Of a stretch of 64,000 nucleotides of DNA, positions 49,401 through 64,000 are shown in pieces (within the stretch, counting starts at the first letter, position 1; every line of letters begins with the position of its first letter). The DNA is from Balanoglossus misakiensis (Eukaryota; Animalia; Hemichordata). The position numbers and the translations under genes were made by a program. Below the pieces are notes generated by a model. It saw only the letters and a program-made list of their open reading frames with translations. It was not told where the DNA came from and made no database searches. The stretch spans positions 7,727,353 to 7,791,352 of the forward strand of contig CM082585.2 in the NCBI GenBank assembly GCA_040954595.2. The letters are read 5' to 3'.

Positions 49401-52400
49401 GAAACACTTCGCATATTGACGTCACCGTTCGCAGGGGTCGGGCTTGACAATGCACGGCTTTCATCGCACTTTCCAGACCCGCCTCTCCGAGAGGAAGGCG
49501 TATACAGTACACGAAACGCTACAGCAATGACCGACCGACTGCACCATCAACAATGCCCTTCTCGCAACTCGAAAACACAATTGAACCTATATCTGGACTG
49601 CCCGAGAATTACCCAGTATCCGGCAAAGTGACTGTCGCATGCCGATTAACCACGCGCCGCGCCTGAGCTCCGACTGTGATCTCCACAACCAGAAGCCCTA
49701 TCGCAACATCACGTGCATATTTACCGCGACTGAAATGTCAAGAATATCGCAATTTCCCGTCATGTCGCGAAAACATTTTAATAGCGATGAAATCGCTTAC
49801 ATTTTATTCAATACATGCTAAATAAGATGTAAATTACCACCCGAATCGAAAACACGTTTCACACATAAATTGTGAAGTAATGTGCGTAAGATCGTTTGAG
49901 CAAATGACCGGCACAACCCCTACTATTATTAGTAACTGGATAGCGTGTACAGCTGAAATTATAGATGCACGGGCTAGCGATTCCTTGCTCTCGCTGCTCG
50001 ATACAGGACGGCAAATAAACAGTAAAGATCTTAGTGGAAACAAATACATCGATCACACCACGGTTGTCCATGATCACAAGCACACACACAAAAAAACAGA
50101 GAACTCAAGTTTTTGTGTGTGTATGGTTTGCGGGCACGGTATCTGACCTGATTCCGAGGCCTCCAAACATCGACGCGAACGGAACTTGAAAGAGGAATTT
50201 CGCCCCGGACACAACACTCATCACGAGACAAGGAAACTGGTTTCGTTGGAGTGACCGTGGTGGCCAAATCCAATACGGGTTATTAGTTAAAGTTGAAGAA
50301 TAAGCGACAAAAATGCACACGACTGGTGAAAAATGCCAACTCCCACTTATCCAGAACAAATCAGCCGTGCAAATGTTTTCGGGTTAATTGGCAATTCCTA
50401 GTCGGAGACTCATTTTAATGGCCAACAAAACACGTCTGGCATTGTTTGTAGAGGGTTCCTCCACGCGTTAGAGGGTGGCAAGATGGCGGACGCTTCAGAC
50501 GTGTCGCGTCCGAACTGAAATAAAACGCCAACATGCCGATGTGTGCTATTAAACCTTAGGCCTGAAGGGTTTTAGTTTGTTAAAACAAGGTATCGATAAG
50601 GGCGGGTGTAATCAAGAACGTTGTGAACTCGGCCTTTGTTACGTATGTATATTGTAGTGCCGTGGCGATTTTCGCATACTCGCTGTTAAAACGTGTGGTT
50701 TAATTGAACCAATTAAAAGGCTGAAAATGTGTTGATATCTTTCCCTACCGGTTGGCTGTGTCCGAAATGGGCCTTTGTTATCCCCGAGGCAGTGAATCGA
50801 TTTCGCGGCGACGCTTCCCCGCTACAAACCAGTCTCTGGCTGAACGTGCGTGCGACCCGTGTGATTTACACAATAAAACGTTTCCAGCCAGGCACACACA
50901 CACACGAAGACGTGAATCTCGTTTCGCGAATGCAAATTTGGGAGCCAGTCACACAGCTGCTAGCCCCGGGCGTTTGATCTGTGCCGAGGCGACGCAGCCT
51001 TGACAATGTGGGAGGGGCCGCGCGTTGCCCTGGCAACACAGTCGGCTTATCAGGCACGAGCGCGCGTGTGAGTGCGCGTCGGCGTTCTCTCCTATCGTTT
51101 CGGGAAATCATTCAAATGAAGCCGGAACTCAGGAATTAGTGCATGAATTTACTATTTAAGACCCCCATGAGTTTGCGAGAAATTAACCAAAAGACTGAGT
51201 AAAAAAGGGAGATAGAATATTACGGTGCGTTAACGTAGCGTAATCTCGCGTATTGTTACACGGTATTTTGTTAAACGATTACAACTTCAACAAATCCTCT
51301 ACCTTGATTAACGACTAAAAGGTATGAAGATTTGCGACTTTGCCAAAAACATCGTTTCAGCTGTTTGGTCGATCTCGCTTCTTGAGAAGTCTCGGACGTG
51401 ACATGAGCTACAGACGTGGTGTGCACAACGTAACCCATTGCTTTTACATGTAATTATTCCGCTAATTTTAATTACAAGTACAATTCTCCAGCGATTGTAT
51501 AATGTTTACTGTCCACGTGATATTTGGCACGAGGAACTGGATGCACGGTAAATTCTGTCCAATGTTACTGTGTCAGTCGCGCTCGGAAGAAAAATTATTG
51601 CGATACGTCTTAACTATGAAGGTTTATTTTTATTTCGCGAATGAACACGGCGAGCCGTTGTTTATGGAAATCATTGCGGGCGTAGTTATGTCACGATCAT
51701 GCATAAACTATACATTTCCAGATATAATGAACTCCCGTTTTGTGCCGTGATCGATTTACCATCCATTTGCGTACCCGATTTAAAACTGCGGAATTCCTTG
51801 AATGACAATGCGGCTTTTTTTTTTGTTTATCATGTCTCGGCGGCCGGGGCTCAGTGCATCACCAACACTTCACCGCACCATTGCTGTGTTGTAACCGTGC
51901 CCCGAACGACGGGGTGTGTGTGTGTGAGAGCAACACGCGAAATATTTCGCTCCCGTTTTCGTTCTCTAACGGATTTCTGGTCCACGTTATTTGCCGGCGT
52001 ATACTCTGACGCAGCTACAGAGAAAATTCATACATCTGTGACGAACGCGTACAATAGCACACCGAACAAAAACAACCCGCACGATATCCAATTTTCCTGA
52101 CTACGTGGCCCAGACTCTACACCCAATAATTCATGAGTGAACAAGGCGCAGAGGGCAGACACAACAAAAACGCCAAAACCAAACACCTTTTGTTAGAATC
52201 TCGCCCGGAAAAGAGTCCTAGTGGCCCGAGGTTTAAAATCCAGCAATGAGCATATTCGGGTGAGTCGTCAAAACGGAACCCCGTAGGGTCTTGCGATTGC
52301 TTAAAACTCTACTTGCCATCGTAATTTAACGATCGTATTAATTTAAGAGTCAAATTTACTAGTATTTTCCATTTCATATCGCCCACAAAAATTAAGTTGA

Positions 52401-52787
52401 AAGTACTAGTACGTCTTTACAGTCAAATACTGATAACGATGGCATTTGTATGATCTATACATTTGCCAGTCAACGTCCTAAATTCCTGGCGCCGTCTGAA
52501 ACGTACGTGCGCACCCTGGAATTTTCAGAAAACAGGAGGAAGCCTCGTTGACAAGTCACCTGAGTAATGGGAGACGACAGTACACGGCGGCACTTTCGAG
52601 GGGTCAATTTTTCAACTGACATAAACATCGCTTCATTTTCGTTCATGTCGATCGGATTGTCTGCGGCGGAACTGTGTGGCTGGGAATGTCCACTTAAACA
52701 AGGCGGTGACACGGTTTTATGGCGGCGTCGCCAGCATCGCTACCAATATCGTGACCACAATCATCACCACCATCACTATCACCATCA

Positions 52788-52864
<77 letters not shown>

Positions 52865-53059
52865 CCATCATCCGAGACATGAAGGACGCCCTGGCAACCA
52901 AGCCACGTCACAGAAACCGTCGATTCGGCGCGTCACATCGCCCTCGTATTAATTAAAACAAAGTCCGTCTCCAGTTGCAAGACAAGTCCTTTTTTTTCCC
53001 GGAGACACTCGAATGACAACGCCCCCGTCAATGTACGGGAAGGCCGTTGTCATGGAGAT
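46498..53059. promoter_or_regulatory. Cluster of RFX X-box-like motifs in BCOR 5' intron
   Basis: GTCGCCATGGAAAC 46498, GTTGCCATGGAATC 47025, GTTGCCATGGAGAC 48395, GTCGTCATAGGCAAC 48420, GTTGCCCTGGCAAC 51024, GTTGTCATGGAGAT 53046. Confidence 0.45.
52760..52872. repeat. (ATC)n trinucleotide microsatellite
   Basis: Directly visible; it produces poly-I, poly-S and poly-D pseudo-ORFs. Confidence 0.97.
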
Positions 53060-54078
53060 GAGTCACGGTTTTAATGAGACGTGATAATTCCCTTTAGTAT
53101 GGATTAGTAACCAAAGAACCTGCATTACCTAGCTTCTATAGTTCGAAATCAACTTTTTTTTCAACACGAACCACAACGATCGGTCCAGTCTTGCATTACA
53201 ATGACCTCATGTCACGCGAACGCCCGCCGGGGGGACAGATGCGACGACACTGCGGCTACAGGCATCGCGCGGAGCCGCTGACGTTAGTTTCGCCCATAAA
53301 CGACATGGTGTTTTAAACAACACGTGAATGATCTCATTCGTGGCCCGTGCGAATCAAGTGCGACAGCAAAAATACCAACCTCGGAATCCACGGACCCTTC
53401 GCCGAAAACCGGAGGCTATACAAATTGCGATGACCGTGGAGCATTTTGCGCAGCGGTGACAGATGTGCCCCACACATCAAAAGAAGATGTAACTTTAACC
53501 TTGTGATTGGCTTACATACCATACAACATAGACTTCCACTCCCACGCACACCGACGATGACCGGTCGCGGCATGGAAAGGTCGTAATGTAGACGCCGTTG
53601 GTTTTCTGCCACGCAACGTGAAGACATCCGGGTGTTCGCAAAATTACCATGCGCGATCACGACCCGGCCGTCCTTCCATTAACAATCTTAGCGCTGTGGA
53701 ACGGTTGTTGGTGCCGTTTTTCACCACGCGAACAAATGCTCACAGTGAGTGCTTTTTTATGGAAAACGTCGACTATGTCACGAATAATTCAACGTGAGAC
53801 TGAATTGATCAAAATTACACTGAATTCGCACGAAATCGCTACATGGCTCGCAGAGTGCGCTCTGGGAGAGTAACCGTTGATAAGTGCCGCGAGATGAACT
53901 CAAAGAATCGATTATAATAAGACGGCAGAAAATGTGCCGTCGACGATATAGAGCTTATATACGGCAAAGCTTCAACGTTCGGTACAAACCGATCCAATTT
54001 CTCTACATTGTTTTAAGCCTGCATCAAATTTCTGCCAATTTTGTCAAATACAGGGGGAAATTACATTAGAACACTCAC

Positions 54079-54108
54079 CATTTCAATGATGAATCGATTG
54101 AGTGACAT
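54079..54108 (-). CDS. Candidate first coding exon of the BCOR-like gene (MSLNRFIIEM)
   Basis: AAAATG start and a strong ATG|GTGAGT donor in phase 0, matching the phase-0 acceptor at 46098. No homology support. Confidence 0.4.
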
Positions 54109-57100
54109 TTTCTATAGTTCTAAATTTCCGAGCACGTTCGCCTCGGGTTCTTGAATGTTAATGATCTGCTCAGTGAAAATCTCAGGAACATGGACGCTTT
54201 GGTAAATGTCTGAGGCGAAAATAAGCCAAATATCCTTGTCGAACTTGGTCGAGTTACGGTTTCTACATCGTTACGAGAAACATTTGACCGTTTGTGACCT
54301 TACTTATGACATCTTACCGCTGACCATCGATGAGGATTTGGCAAAAGAAAATGGAAAACAACACAAATATAGTATATAACTTACAATGATGAAAGCAAAA
54401 TTGGATAGCTTGCTCAAAAAAAATACGAGTAAAAAGATCAAATCCCTGGTGCTTTCATATTCTTTTAGAGACCGGGTTAAATGGGAGCTTGACCAATTAT
54501 ACAAGAGCAAGATAAACGACATTTTGACTCGTAGTTACAATGACAGTTGCGCACGCAGCTCACTCGGGTTAAGTGTATACTTATTCCGCTAACACCATTA
54601 AAGCGAAAACTGGAGCAAGCAACGAACATTAATCGGAAAATAATTCCGTTGTGCCACGTGACGCGCGTGCGGTGATGACGATCAAATGACTATTTGCATA
54701 CTCGATGACTTCGGAGAGCTCGTTTGGGTCACGTGCCCCGCTTTGAGCTGCGAATCTCATTACATCCGGGGTCTTACGTGTTAAGTGAAGTACATGTACA
54801 TGTAGTTCCAGCTTCCCCATTTGGCAGTTTCTCTTAACAAATGACACGAAAGGGGGGGGGGGGGAGCAGACGTATCCATTAAAATACAGTCCACTACATT
54901 CCTTAAAAATGTTAATCTTTTGCCAATCTATGATTATATAAACATGTGGTTGTTAAAGAATCTTGCCATCGATATAAATTTGTGCTAATTTTGTTCTAAT
55001 ATGAGAAATTCAACGGACTTTTTTTAACCGCCTTTCAATTTCTTTAACTCTGCGAGGTTTGGATCCGATATTTGGGTCGAGAGATAACATAAATAGAACT
55101 GACTACGTGAGACTTTGATCTCGATCATTCTGAGAATTAGTTGAAGTTCCCTTTTAGTAACCTATACGCATTGAACACGTGAGATGGCACTACAAAAACT
55201 TGAACCTAACGGTTTCTAGCGCCCCTCAGGGTACATGTATTACTGTTTGAGCATCTCTATATACAGAGAACTGTAGACGGGCAGAGCAGAAAAAAGTGCA
55301 ATTTGACGTCATTCGTTGTCAACAGAGCAGAAATTGTACATTACGCACAGGAACACATCAAACTGTCGGCCATTCCGCGCCTAACTCAGTCACCTTGGAC
55401 GCAGCACCGGACGCCATTTTGAATGATGGGTTTAGTAATCTTACAAAAATAACCTTTCAGAACACGTGACAGATCTGTCAATCCTTACCGACAAAACCGG
55501 CTTAGTTTCCGAATACTCTCGAATGATCATACCGTAAATGTACCGTCACTACGACAAAGACCAAATATAGCAAAAGTAGAGCAATCTCAACCGAAGGCGG
55601 TGAGAGAAGATTACGGATGAGTAATGCGGAGAAGTTAATTGTTCCCCCTTCCTGCCGATGACGTCATCACATTAACCCCGTGAAACAATTTCTATATATC
55701 AACCAGATATCAACGTGTGTGGAAATCGTGACTTACTTGAATTGAAAGCCAATCATGCATTTTCGCATTAATCTAAACTTACCCAGCGTTTTTCCTATCA
55801 GTCATCAATACATCTTTCTCTGACCGAGCTCGGCATATTACCATAACGGACAAAAGTGAGAGTCATATGCGACCACAGGTAATGTCGGGACACGTTCAAT
55901 GACCTCTTTTGTTTAACCACGTGACCAGATCACCACATGCAAGCATTTGAAACGCACAAAAATGTCCACATAAAATTTCTGGCAATCTGCCAGACCCCAC
56001 CTCTTGAAGTGACAAAATTTACAACTTGTGTACGTGCATATTGGGGAGTGTCACTCGGGGCAGATTTTGCACCCAAGCTCAAAGGTCATAATCGTCTACC
56101 TTCAATTTGTAACTTGTATAAGTAAGCTGTTGGTTTTCACAGTTTTAAGGTCTCGGTTTGCTAAATTTGATAAAGCATTGAATGGGTCATTAATTTCAGA
56201 AAGAGCCTATGTAAACTGTTTACAAGTAACTATGGAAATATACGAGGATTAATCGCTCAGCCACACGACGCAGGAACGCTATAAAAAGACCAATCGCATT
56301 CTGTCAGAGTACATTTTTATGGTAATTCGCATAGGTGAATGTCGCACTGGTATATCCCAGAATTCAACGGACATCCGGGTATTCTCTCTATCTAAATGTA
56401 TAAGAACTGCAACCGACCATGACCGACACTCATGGGAATGTTCAGAAATTCCACAGAATGTTGGTGGATGGACCCAGCACCACTTTCTTGCCACGTTGGC
56501 GCGTTCAAAGAACGAGTCAAGCGAGTCGTGTCTTTCTTTTTCAACGTCACGACGAAATAAGCCTTATCAACGAATTTCACTTCAGGACATCATTATATTA
56601 CGGATATTGTACACTCCAGCCAGCCGTGAAATTCATATCATACACACGCCTCGCTGTTCACCAACAACGCCTCCGGTCGGTCTCTCTAAACTTTCTGAGC
56701 AGTTGTGATCACGTGACCACGTCACACTTCTCATGAATAACTATGAAAATATCATTTGAGGGCCGCAAAGAAGAAAATAGGTCTTTCGTTTTTTTTTTTA
56801 ATCTGCGGCGTCGTATTAGCAGTTGCGCAGAAGCCAACCAGCGTCAGATACTCAAAAAGCGTGGCCTTGAACGCGGAAATAAGCCTAGCATTATATGAGT
56901 CGTCGTTTAATCCGTATATCACCATTCAATAACTGCTGGATATGACTCTAAATTGTTCGTCGATTAGCTCAGCATTTCCCCAGGTAGAGTAAATTGGGCT
57001 CGCGTCTAAAAACCGCCTCAACAATGCAGCTGAATAATTCTCTCATTATTCGCAGTCCGTCACAGAGATTGGGACGCCATGATCTTGTGTGGTTTCAACC

Positions 57101-60100
57101 GTCACGCACTCCGCCAATGCTCAAGATTAACTTCCAAGTTTTCGTTTAGTGGGGTTAGGGGAAGGGTTTGAGGTCAACCGCAATCAGTTGCACGTGTTGA
57201 AATTCATAAACCCACGGCCCCTCATTACGTCTTAGTGTCTAACCGTACCAATGAACACGTCACGACTTTCTTAGCCTCTTTCTGGCTATGAACAGACAAC
57301 GCCTGGTAATACGTGGTGGAAGGCAACACACACACCTGCATATGTTCTGCGTGCAAATAGGTCAATCCCTTCTAAATGGTAACATCCGGGGAAATGCCGG
57401 TGAATCTAAGTTTAAGTGCGAGCTGCACTTTTGAACACTCGGATAATTCCTGACCGAATTCAGGCGCGTGTATAACCTCGCACTCGCAGCCAACAAGCCG
57501 GTGCTGTACGTAGCGGACAGCATTCTCGCGATGGTCTGTGTCTGTCTGCAATGACCGGTAAAACAAAACAAGCAATAACGAGCCTGCGTATATTTAACAC
57601 AGAACCCTCCATCACCGAGAAAATATACAGGTCAAACTGAACTACATACCTATTTACCATATTATAAATAGGAAATCGTTCAACGTTAACTGTTTACAAA
57701 ATCTACTGTCTTGTAATGTACATCGTGCAGATCAATTATCAGATATCTCATCGATCGATCGGTTAATCGATGTATTGATCCCATTAAGGTTATCAACAGA
57801 CCAGAAACATAATTTGTTTCGCTGACACCCACGCCCTAAATAATTTACAAATGCTAAAGAGACATTTTAATAGGGGTGGAAAATGAAAGAAGGTGCCGAC
57901 GGATTTACACAAATCAGCAGCTCACGTCTCACCACTGAAAGCTCGGGTTTTGCCGTGACCGCAAGCACTGACAACACGATCTTCATAATATCTTCCCTAA
58001 ATATTCCATGTTCGTTTTATGAAGAAAAAAAGCCGCTGGATGTCCGATTTTCAGCAAAGGGGCGGCAGTTTACGACTCGGCGATATCGCAAGTCGGTTTT
58101 ATCGACCCCCAAACGGACAAGGTGTGCCGCGATTTGATTTTAAACGTTTCTCCAACACAGCTGGGCGCATTGTTGGACGTGTAGCACCGTGCTTGCATTT
58201 ATATGCATACATTTCCGCGGGGACTTTTTTTCCTCTGCCGTCAGAGCAAAGATTAGATTACTCCCGCCCTGCAGTTGTCTGTCAATACGTGCCGGTGACG
58301 CAGTCGACCGATTGTCCCTGACGACATCAAGTCAGTTCAGGTCTGCAGCGTACCGTGACCACATCTTGTGGAAAGCAAACTCTTGGTATAGCTATTCTTA
58401 TCAGTCTGAGAACCGACTGCATCCGCGGTAGTTACATGAGTTTAACGGGAGATTGGCTCACGCTTGCCCGACGAAATTCACCCGTGTCTCGAGCAAATTC
58501 TCATTCCCCGTATCAATAATTTGCGTCGCTTCCTTTGTCTACTTAAAGACATGCACGAATTCTGCGATACGCGAGAAAATTGTACAGTGTATGTACAAGC
58601 GGCGTTCGATATCACGTGGCGACTTAAAAATTCACCATCTGCCATGCAGGTATCACGTGCTTTTGTTACGTTAATGGAGACGTTTCCCCTCGTAATTATT
58701 GATCGATCTGTTTAAAGGCGTCCCCAGCCAGCGCAATTAGCGCAATCGCGTTTCCACGGTTACGATGCGGGCACGTATACGTGCTTACAAAGCCGCAATC
58801 AGATCAGATGGCGCGGCGTTACCATAATACGCGCACGCACAACCGATTTCACGGATATCAACGCGGTCAAAACCGGCAAGGGGGGGGGGGGGGGGGCTTA
58901 CCTACATGACAAGGGCAGGGCAGGCCAGCACCGCGTATGTTTTTCAAACGTCTTAATACTATGGCAATATCAATACGGCTCGCCGAAAACGAAAACGAAA
59001 CACGTAAACGCGGGTTATTCATTCAGTAAACAAAAGCAAAGTATTGAATGGGGGCACGGTAGCACGACAAAAACTCAAATTCCGAAACACACGACAATCT
59101 ACTCCGTAATAAATACTTGTGTGGAATTCCCCTCTGACATGTATTTTTGGCTCGTTTTAGAATAGCGCTTGGGCTCCCGATTCTATAATGGATCCAGACA
59201 GTTTTTATGGACAAATGACCTGTTGAACTTATCTGCGATACCACGGTGATATGTACGAACGTCAACATTTAGGCCTACCAGCGTCTATTCAGTAGCATAG
59301 TTGGTGTTGGTAACACCGACAATGCTGTTTTTGCTAGCAACTTTTTAAAATTGAAAATAAAGCGGAGTGTGTGTACTGATCGATGGTGAAACGACGCAGA
59401 AGACTGCACCGCGATATTTTTAGCCATTTTTATCTGAAGTCGGCTTGGTGCAGAGAAAAACGTAAATATTTTCAAGTACATGTATATGCGTTTCAAGGCC
59501 ACCTAAACCGAGATCAAAACAAAGACGCGACATTCGCTTGACAACATGTACATGTCTTGAACAGGACTTGACAACAGCCACCCTGTTTTCTCGGGGGTCC
59601 AGTCCGCGTCAGTGCTATTAGTATTACCATAGACAGTCTACTGTCTATGGTATTACGCACTATCACGTGTTGGGAGTGTGGAAGGACCCTGGGTCGAGCC
59701 GTCGCCATATTTGACCGGGTCACTCCACAAATCGTGGTATCACCTTGCCTCAAGCGAGATATTTCCAACATCTGACAAGTGCAATGAAAGTTACTACTAA
59801 TGAAAAGCACTGCATTGAGATTTTGATTTTGCACAATAGAGCAAAATATTGCGATTTTTTTTTTTAGTATTTAGGACTGACTTTGGCGTACATGCAATCG
59901 AGATGGTTATTAAAATCCCATAACACGGCAACAAAGACGACAAACACGGACTGGTTTCAGCTACAGTCACTCCACAAGGCCGCGGCTTTTAGCCGTAATT
60001 ATTTGCGGTTATGTAACCATAGAGAAACATGGCCGATAATAATGCGCATACCATAGGCCATACCTTGCAAGCGCTACACGAGGTCAACTGCTCGGCGCGC

Positions 60101-63100
60101 AATGGATATTTGACATCCTTTAATTTGCCCTGGTACCGACGCATCTCGAGTTGGTTGCTATGGTGTAACGCTCTTAGTCTCACACCAGCAAATGATATCA
60201 TTGTGTCGATGGAGAAATTCTCTGTACGTATACGTACAACAGGTAAAGGCCAAGTCGGTACGCGCGCGTGGGCAGGTTGTGAGTTTGCGAGAAAAGCTGC
60301 ATGGTTAAACACAGATCACACCACACCCCACCACACAACATCACATCATCAGAACAGAACATCAAAACTTCTCATGTACAATCAGGTGATTAATACCAAA
60401 ATATGGTTACTTTCTATCTTTGACATATGTGCTTCACAACTGTATAGTACTGTCGCTAGCTATACCCACGATTTCAATATAATGCACCGTTTTGCAAAAC
60501 GTATGTTGTAAGGGCGTGTAGATCGCGGTTAATATCTCCATAGCTACCGGGCCTGGGTCGAATAAAACAAAACTGACATGTGCGGTCAACACGCGACCCC
60601 CCTCGAGATAAGACAACGCGAAAATGCAATGCGACTGGACGTGGAGGGACTGTGGTCGAACACAAGAGCTGATGAAACGACACACGCGTCAGGCCCGTCA
60701 TAACATGGCCAATCGCGGTTGAGTTCACAATGTACAAAATGTACGTAGCCTGCGTATTATTGGAAGGTACAGCCGCGGTACACAAAACGAAAGCGGCAGG
60801 CGAGTTACACCTGGCGCTGCGTTCAAGTGGCAGTTATGCAGATACAATGCATTGCATCCTGGCGTGGCGAACACGGAAATTGCTCAGGACAACACGATTC
60901 TCGTCTGGTAAGTGCCGTCGAGAAAAGGCGCTACGTTGGAAAAACAAGCCTCCCTAATAAATGAGCTTATCACTAAACCAGAAATTACACGGCAGTTCGT
61001 TGCCGTGAGCGAAGGTGAGGGTACAACTGTATGATCTGCAATGGCTTGGGTAACTAAACGAACACAAAGTTGCCAACGCTTCATATGGTGATATTTCGGC
61101 CAAGTAATGGGAATCATTTTTGTCGCTGTCGAACCAGACAGCGAGATATGAGTACAGCCATTTTCACACCAACACACGACCCTTTCAAATCGCCGGGCTC
61201 CGCGCACGAAATTTTGAAACCGTTCACGTCAGTCCATGTAAAACACGTGACGTCCCGTTTTCGTGCGTCTAACGAGTCTCAAGGCGCAGTCATTTGTGAG
61301 ATGCGCAGACCCTTGAGAAGTGATTCAATTCTTTCAGTGATCATGAATCAACATCTTAGCGAAGTACTTTTCTCCGTGACGTCAGTGGCCATAGAAAAAA
61401 AAATCTGTGACATGGAAATCGATGTCAAGCGTCATCATATGACATGATACCTTTTACAAAATCTCTTGTCGATTTCAGAAAACAATGGTTGGCATGAAAC
61501 TCGAGGCCCCGGCGTGGTCGTCACTCGATTCGTTCATATTTCCGCATGCCAGGTATGAGGGCATATATATATATATACGACCTACATAATATCAAGGCAA
61601 AATGCATGCGTGTCTATACCACAAAGACATACACTCTCATAATGACGTCAGCGCGTTAGAGGAATCGGTCACGCTTTGCTCATTAGGGACTCCAATAGAA
61701 CGCACGACACTGTTCGCATGCATGTTTAATTTCCACGTTCACCGAGACCTTCCGGTGGTTCGGGGGATGTCGAGTCACGCAGCGAATTCTAAAGAGGGCA
61801 GAACTGTACGTGAAATTACAGTTTGCGGGCCGCATGTTTAGCATTCACAATAATTCACAGCGATAGCACAATATCCTAAATTGATATCCTTTCGCCGCAG
61901 GACAATATCGTTCTTTCTGGCGGTGCATGGCAAGCTGCTTGCAGCACCGCTTGACCTCAAAATCTGGCGATGTGTCGCCCCGAGAAACTGCAGGAATACA
62001 TACCCGAAGGGTGAGACGGTACGAGGAGCGACCGCAGTTTTCATGCTTCCATGTGAACGGCGAACGGTCACGCAGCCCTTGCTTCAACACGGAGATCATA
62101 GTTCAACACTTGGCAAGATTTTCTGGCGGTTGTCGTCTGCAACAGCTTTCCCCCGCGAAATTAAGCAGGACACGATTTCGATAAAAAAAAATCTTTCAGG
62201 AACACTTGATTCTGTCACACATACCACGTGACTGGAAACGTCGATCTAAATCCGATTTCTCATATGAAACTTACGACAGCAACCGATATAATTTTTTTAA
62301 CAGTTTTGCCGAAGTTCGATATCGCATAACATCTCAGATATCCAAGTCGCAAAGATCGGGAGTTCCGGTTTCGAATACACGACCGACAACTCAGTTGAAC
62401 GACCAACAATTGTCAGACGATGGACGACGGTTTCTGTTAAACGGGCGAACGTTCTTTGGGGTCGGCTCTTGGCTAGGCGGCGTTTGAAACGCAGCCTTGA
62501 AAAGCTCGAATCGATTAGCTGTAAGCCCTAGTCTTGTACGCCAACTGGACGGCCGCAGTCGCAGTAGTCCCGTTTTATCTGAAGAGCGACGAGATTTTTC
62601 GTTTTCACAGATTACAGCTGGATAGCTTCGCCTTGTTCGAAAAACGGTGGATTTTTTTGACGGAAATATGTCTTCCCCAGGGGAGGACACACGTTTCAAA
62701 TTGTTAGTTAGCACGTGCCGAAATGGAACGAGTCTGGCGAATTCTTTCCAAGCATTTCCAGCAGCATTGCACACATGATTCGAAACTGCGAGGGCTTCGA
62801 AACTACAACGTACATCGGCAGAACGTGTCGTGACACAACACTCAATGCCTATCTGGATATCACTGCGCGCCGCCGCGTTCACTCCAACGGAAACAGAAAT
62901 ATCGCCGACCTCAGACAGACCGAGCACATGCGTAAACAAGATGCTCACCAAAGCGAGTGCGATGAACTTTTCCCCTCGGAGCAACAACGCCCGGTGGAGC
63001 AACACTGCGGAATTTCTTGCAGCCCGTCACCGTAACATGACAGAATAGCAAGGGCTAGTTTTGAAAATGCCCGGGTGAAACTTGCGAAAAAACAGGCCAA

Positions 63101-64000
63101 GTGTGTAGTACACACAAAGATACATGTAAAGCTTACAACAGAACTATTTACCACGCGCCGATTTGCTCCATAGCTACAAAACACTCCAAAAAGAATACGC
63201 GCGCCTTGCTTTGTCGTCAATTCCACGAAATCGCCCCCTTTCCAAGAATACGTGGTCGATAGATAATCACACGATTTCTCGGAAGTCACTAAACAGTAAA
63301 CGAGCGAAGGGGTAACATAGGGCTGTTATTTGTGTAACAGACGCCATGATAAAATTCGCCCCATCTTGAGGCGTTTTGAATTACTGTGGATTGGGTATTA
63401 TTATTATCAACACACACACGACAGTCGGGCATTTGCCATGAAGTAAAATAATCGGTGGTTAAATTGTGTGAACACAATAAGCTTCTTACGGTGAAGGTGA
63501 CTTTTCTCGCCCGATTCACATTCTTTCACTTTACATATTCCACTTGTCCTATTAACTGGGTCACGCCACATTCTATACTCACCAATCACTGCCGGCCAGA
63601 CGATCTGACGTTAACCGTGATCATGCCCGAGACTGACAAGTGAACTTACACTAAAATCGTGTTCTAACAATTAGCATATTTGGCGGGAAATAGCCGTGAC
63701 TATCGTTTTACATCGCCGTGCAATTACAGACACTGGATCGTGATGTCTAGACGGGCAAAACAGAAATCATGGCGTCAGCCCCATGATGAGCTACTATAGT
63801 ATATTCAATAAATTTAAAGTTTCAGTACTACCGCAGCACAATTATCGAAAAGCAGTATTAACGTGTTATTTTCATCAATACGTGTTTCACTCTCGTGGGT
63901 TAAAATCTGGGGTCAAGACGTGGCCAAGTTGCCGATTTCTTCCAAAGATCATTTTTTCCTCAATGTCTGAAATCCAAAATGGCCGCCAAGCTCGGCGGTA

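Noticed and set aside
52567-52956. Poly-I, poly-S and poly-D ORFs
   Set aside because: They are products of the (ATC)n microsatellite.
62391-63005. 204-aa minus-strand ORF
   Set aside because: It has a non-ATG start, no recognisable motif and no supporting splice structure, so it is probably chance.

Overview
Eukaryotic (animal) genomic DNA with spliceosomal introns, probably from an invertebrate; an invertebrate deuterostome is a guess from sequence style only. Seven protein-coding loci were reconstructed by hand from splice signals, reading-frame phase and remembered family motifs: the 3' part of an ERICH6/FAM194-family gene (+, with a U12-type intron); COG3 (-, 22 exons); an intronless GPR119-like class A GPCR nested on the same strand inside the 6.4-kb last intron of COG3; PARL (+, head-to-head with COG3); an intronless steroid 5-alpha-reductase/TECR-family gene (-); an uncharacterised 5-exon gene with a long acidic tail (+); and a BCOR/BCORL1-like corepressor (-) followed by about 18 kb of CpG-rich, essentially non-coding 5' intron/upstream sequence. 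The best leads are the same-strand nested GPCR with a possible COG3 intronic-polyadenylation escape, an unexplained ~300-nt multi-helix element at 25249-25547, a phase-compatible alternative-splicing web in BCOR that includes a Cys-rich exon, the U12 intron, and a GxSG-to-GxSA change in PARL. No database searches or folding programs were run. Homology calls rest on recalled motifs, and exon coordinates were counted by eye.
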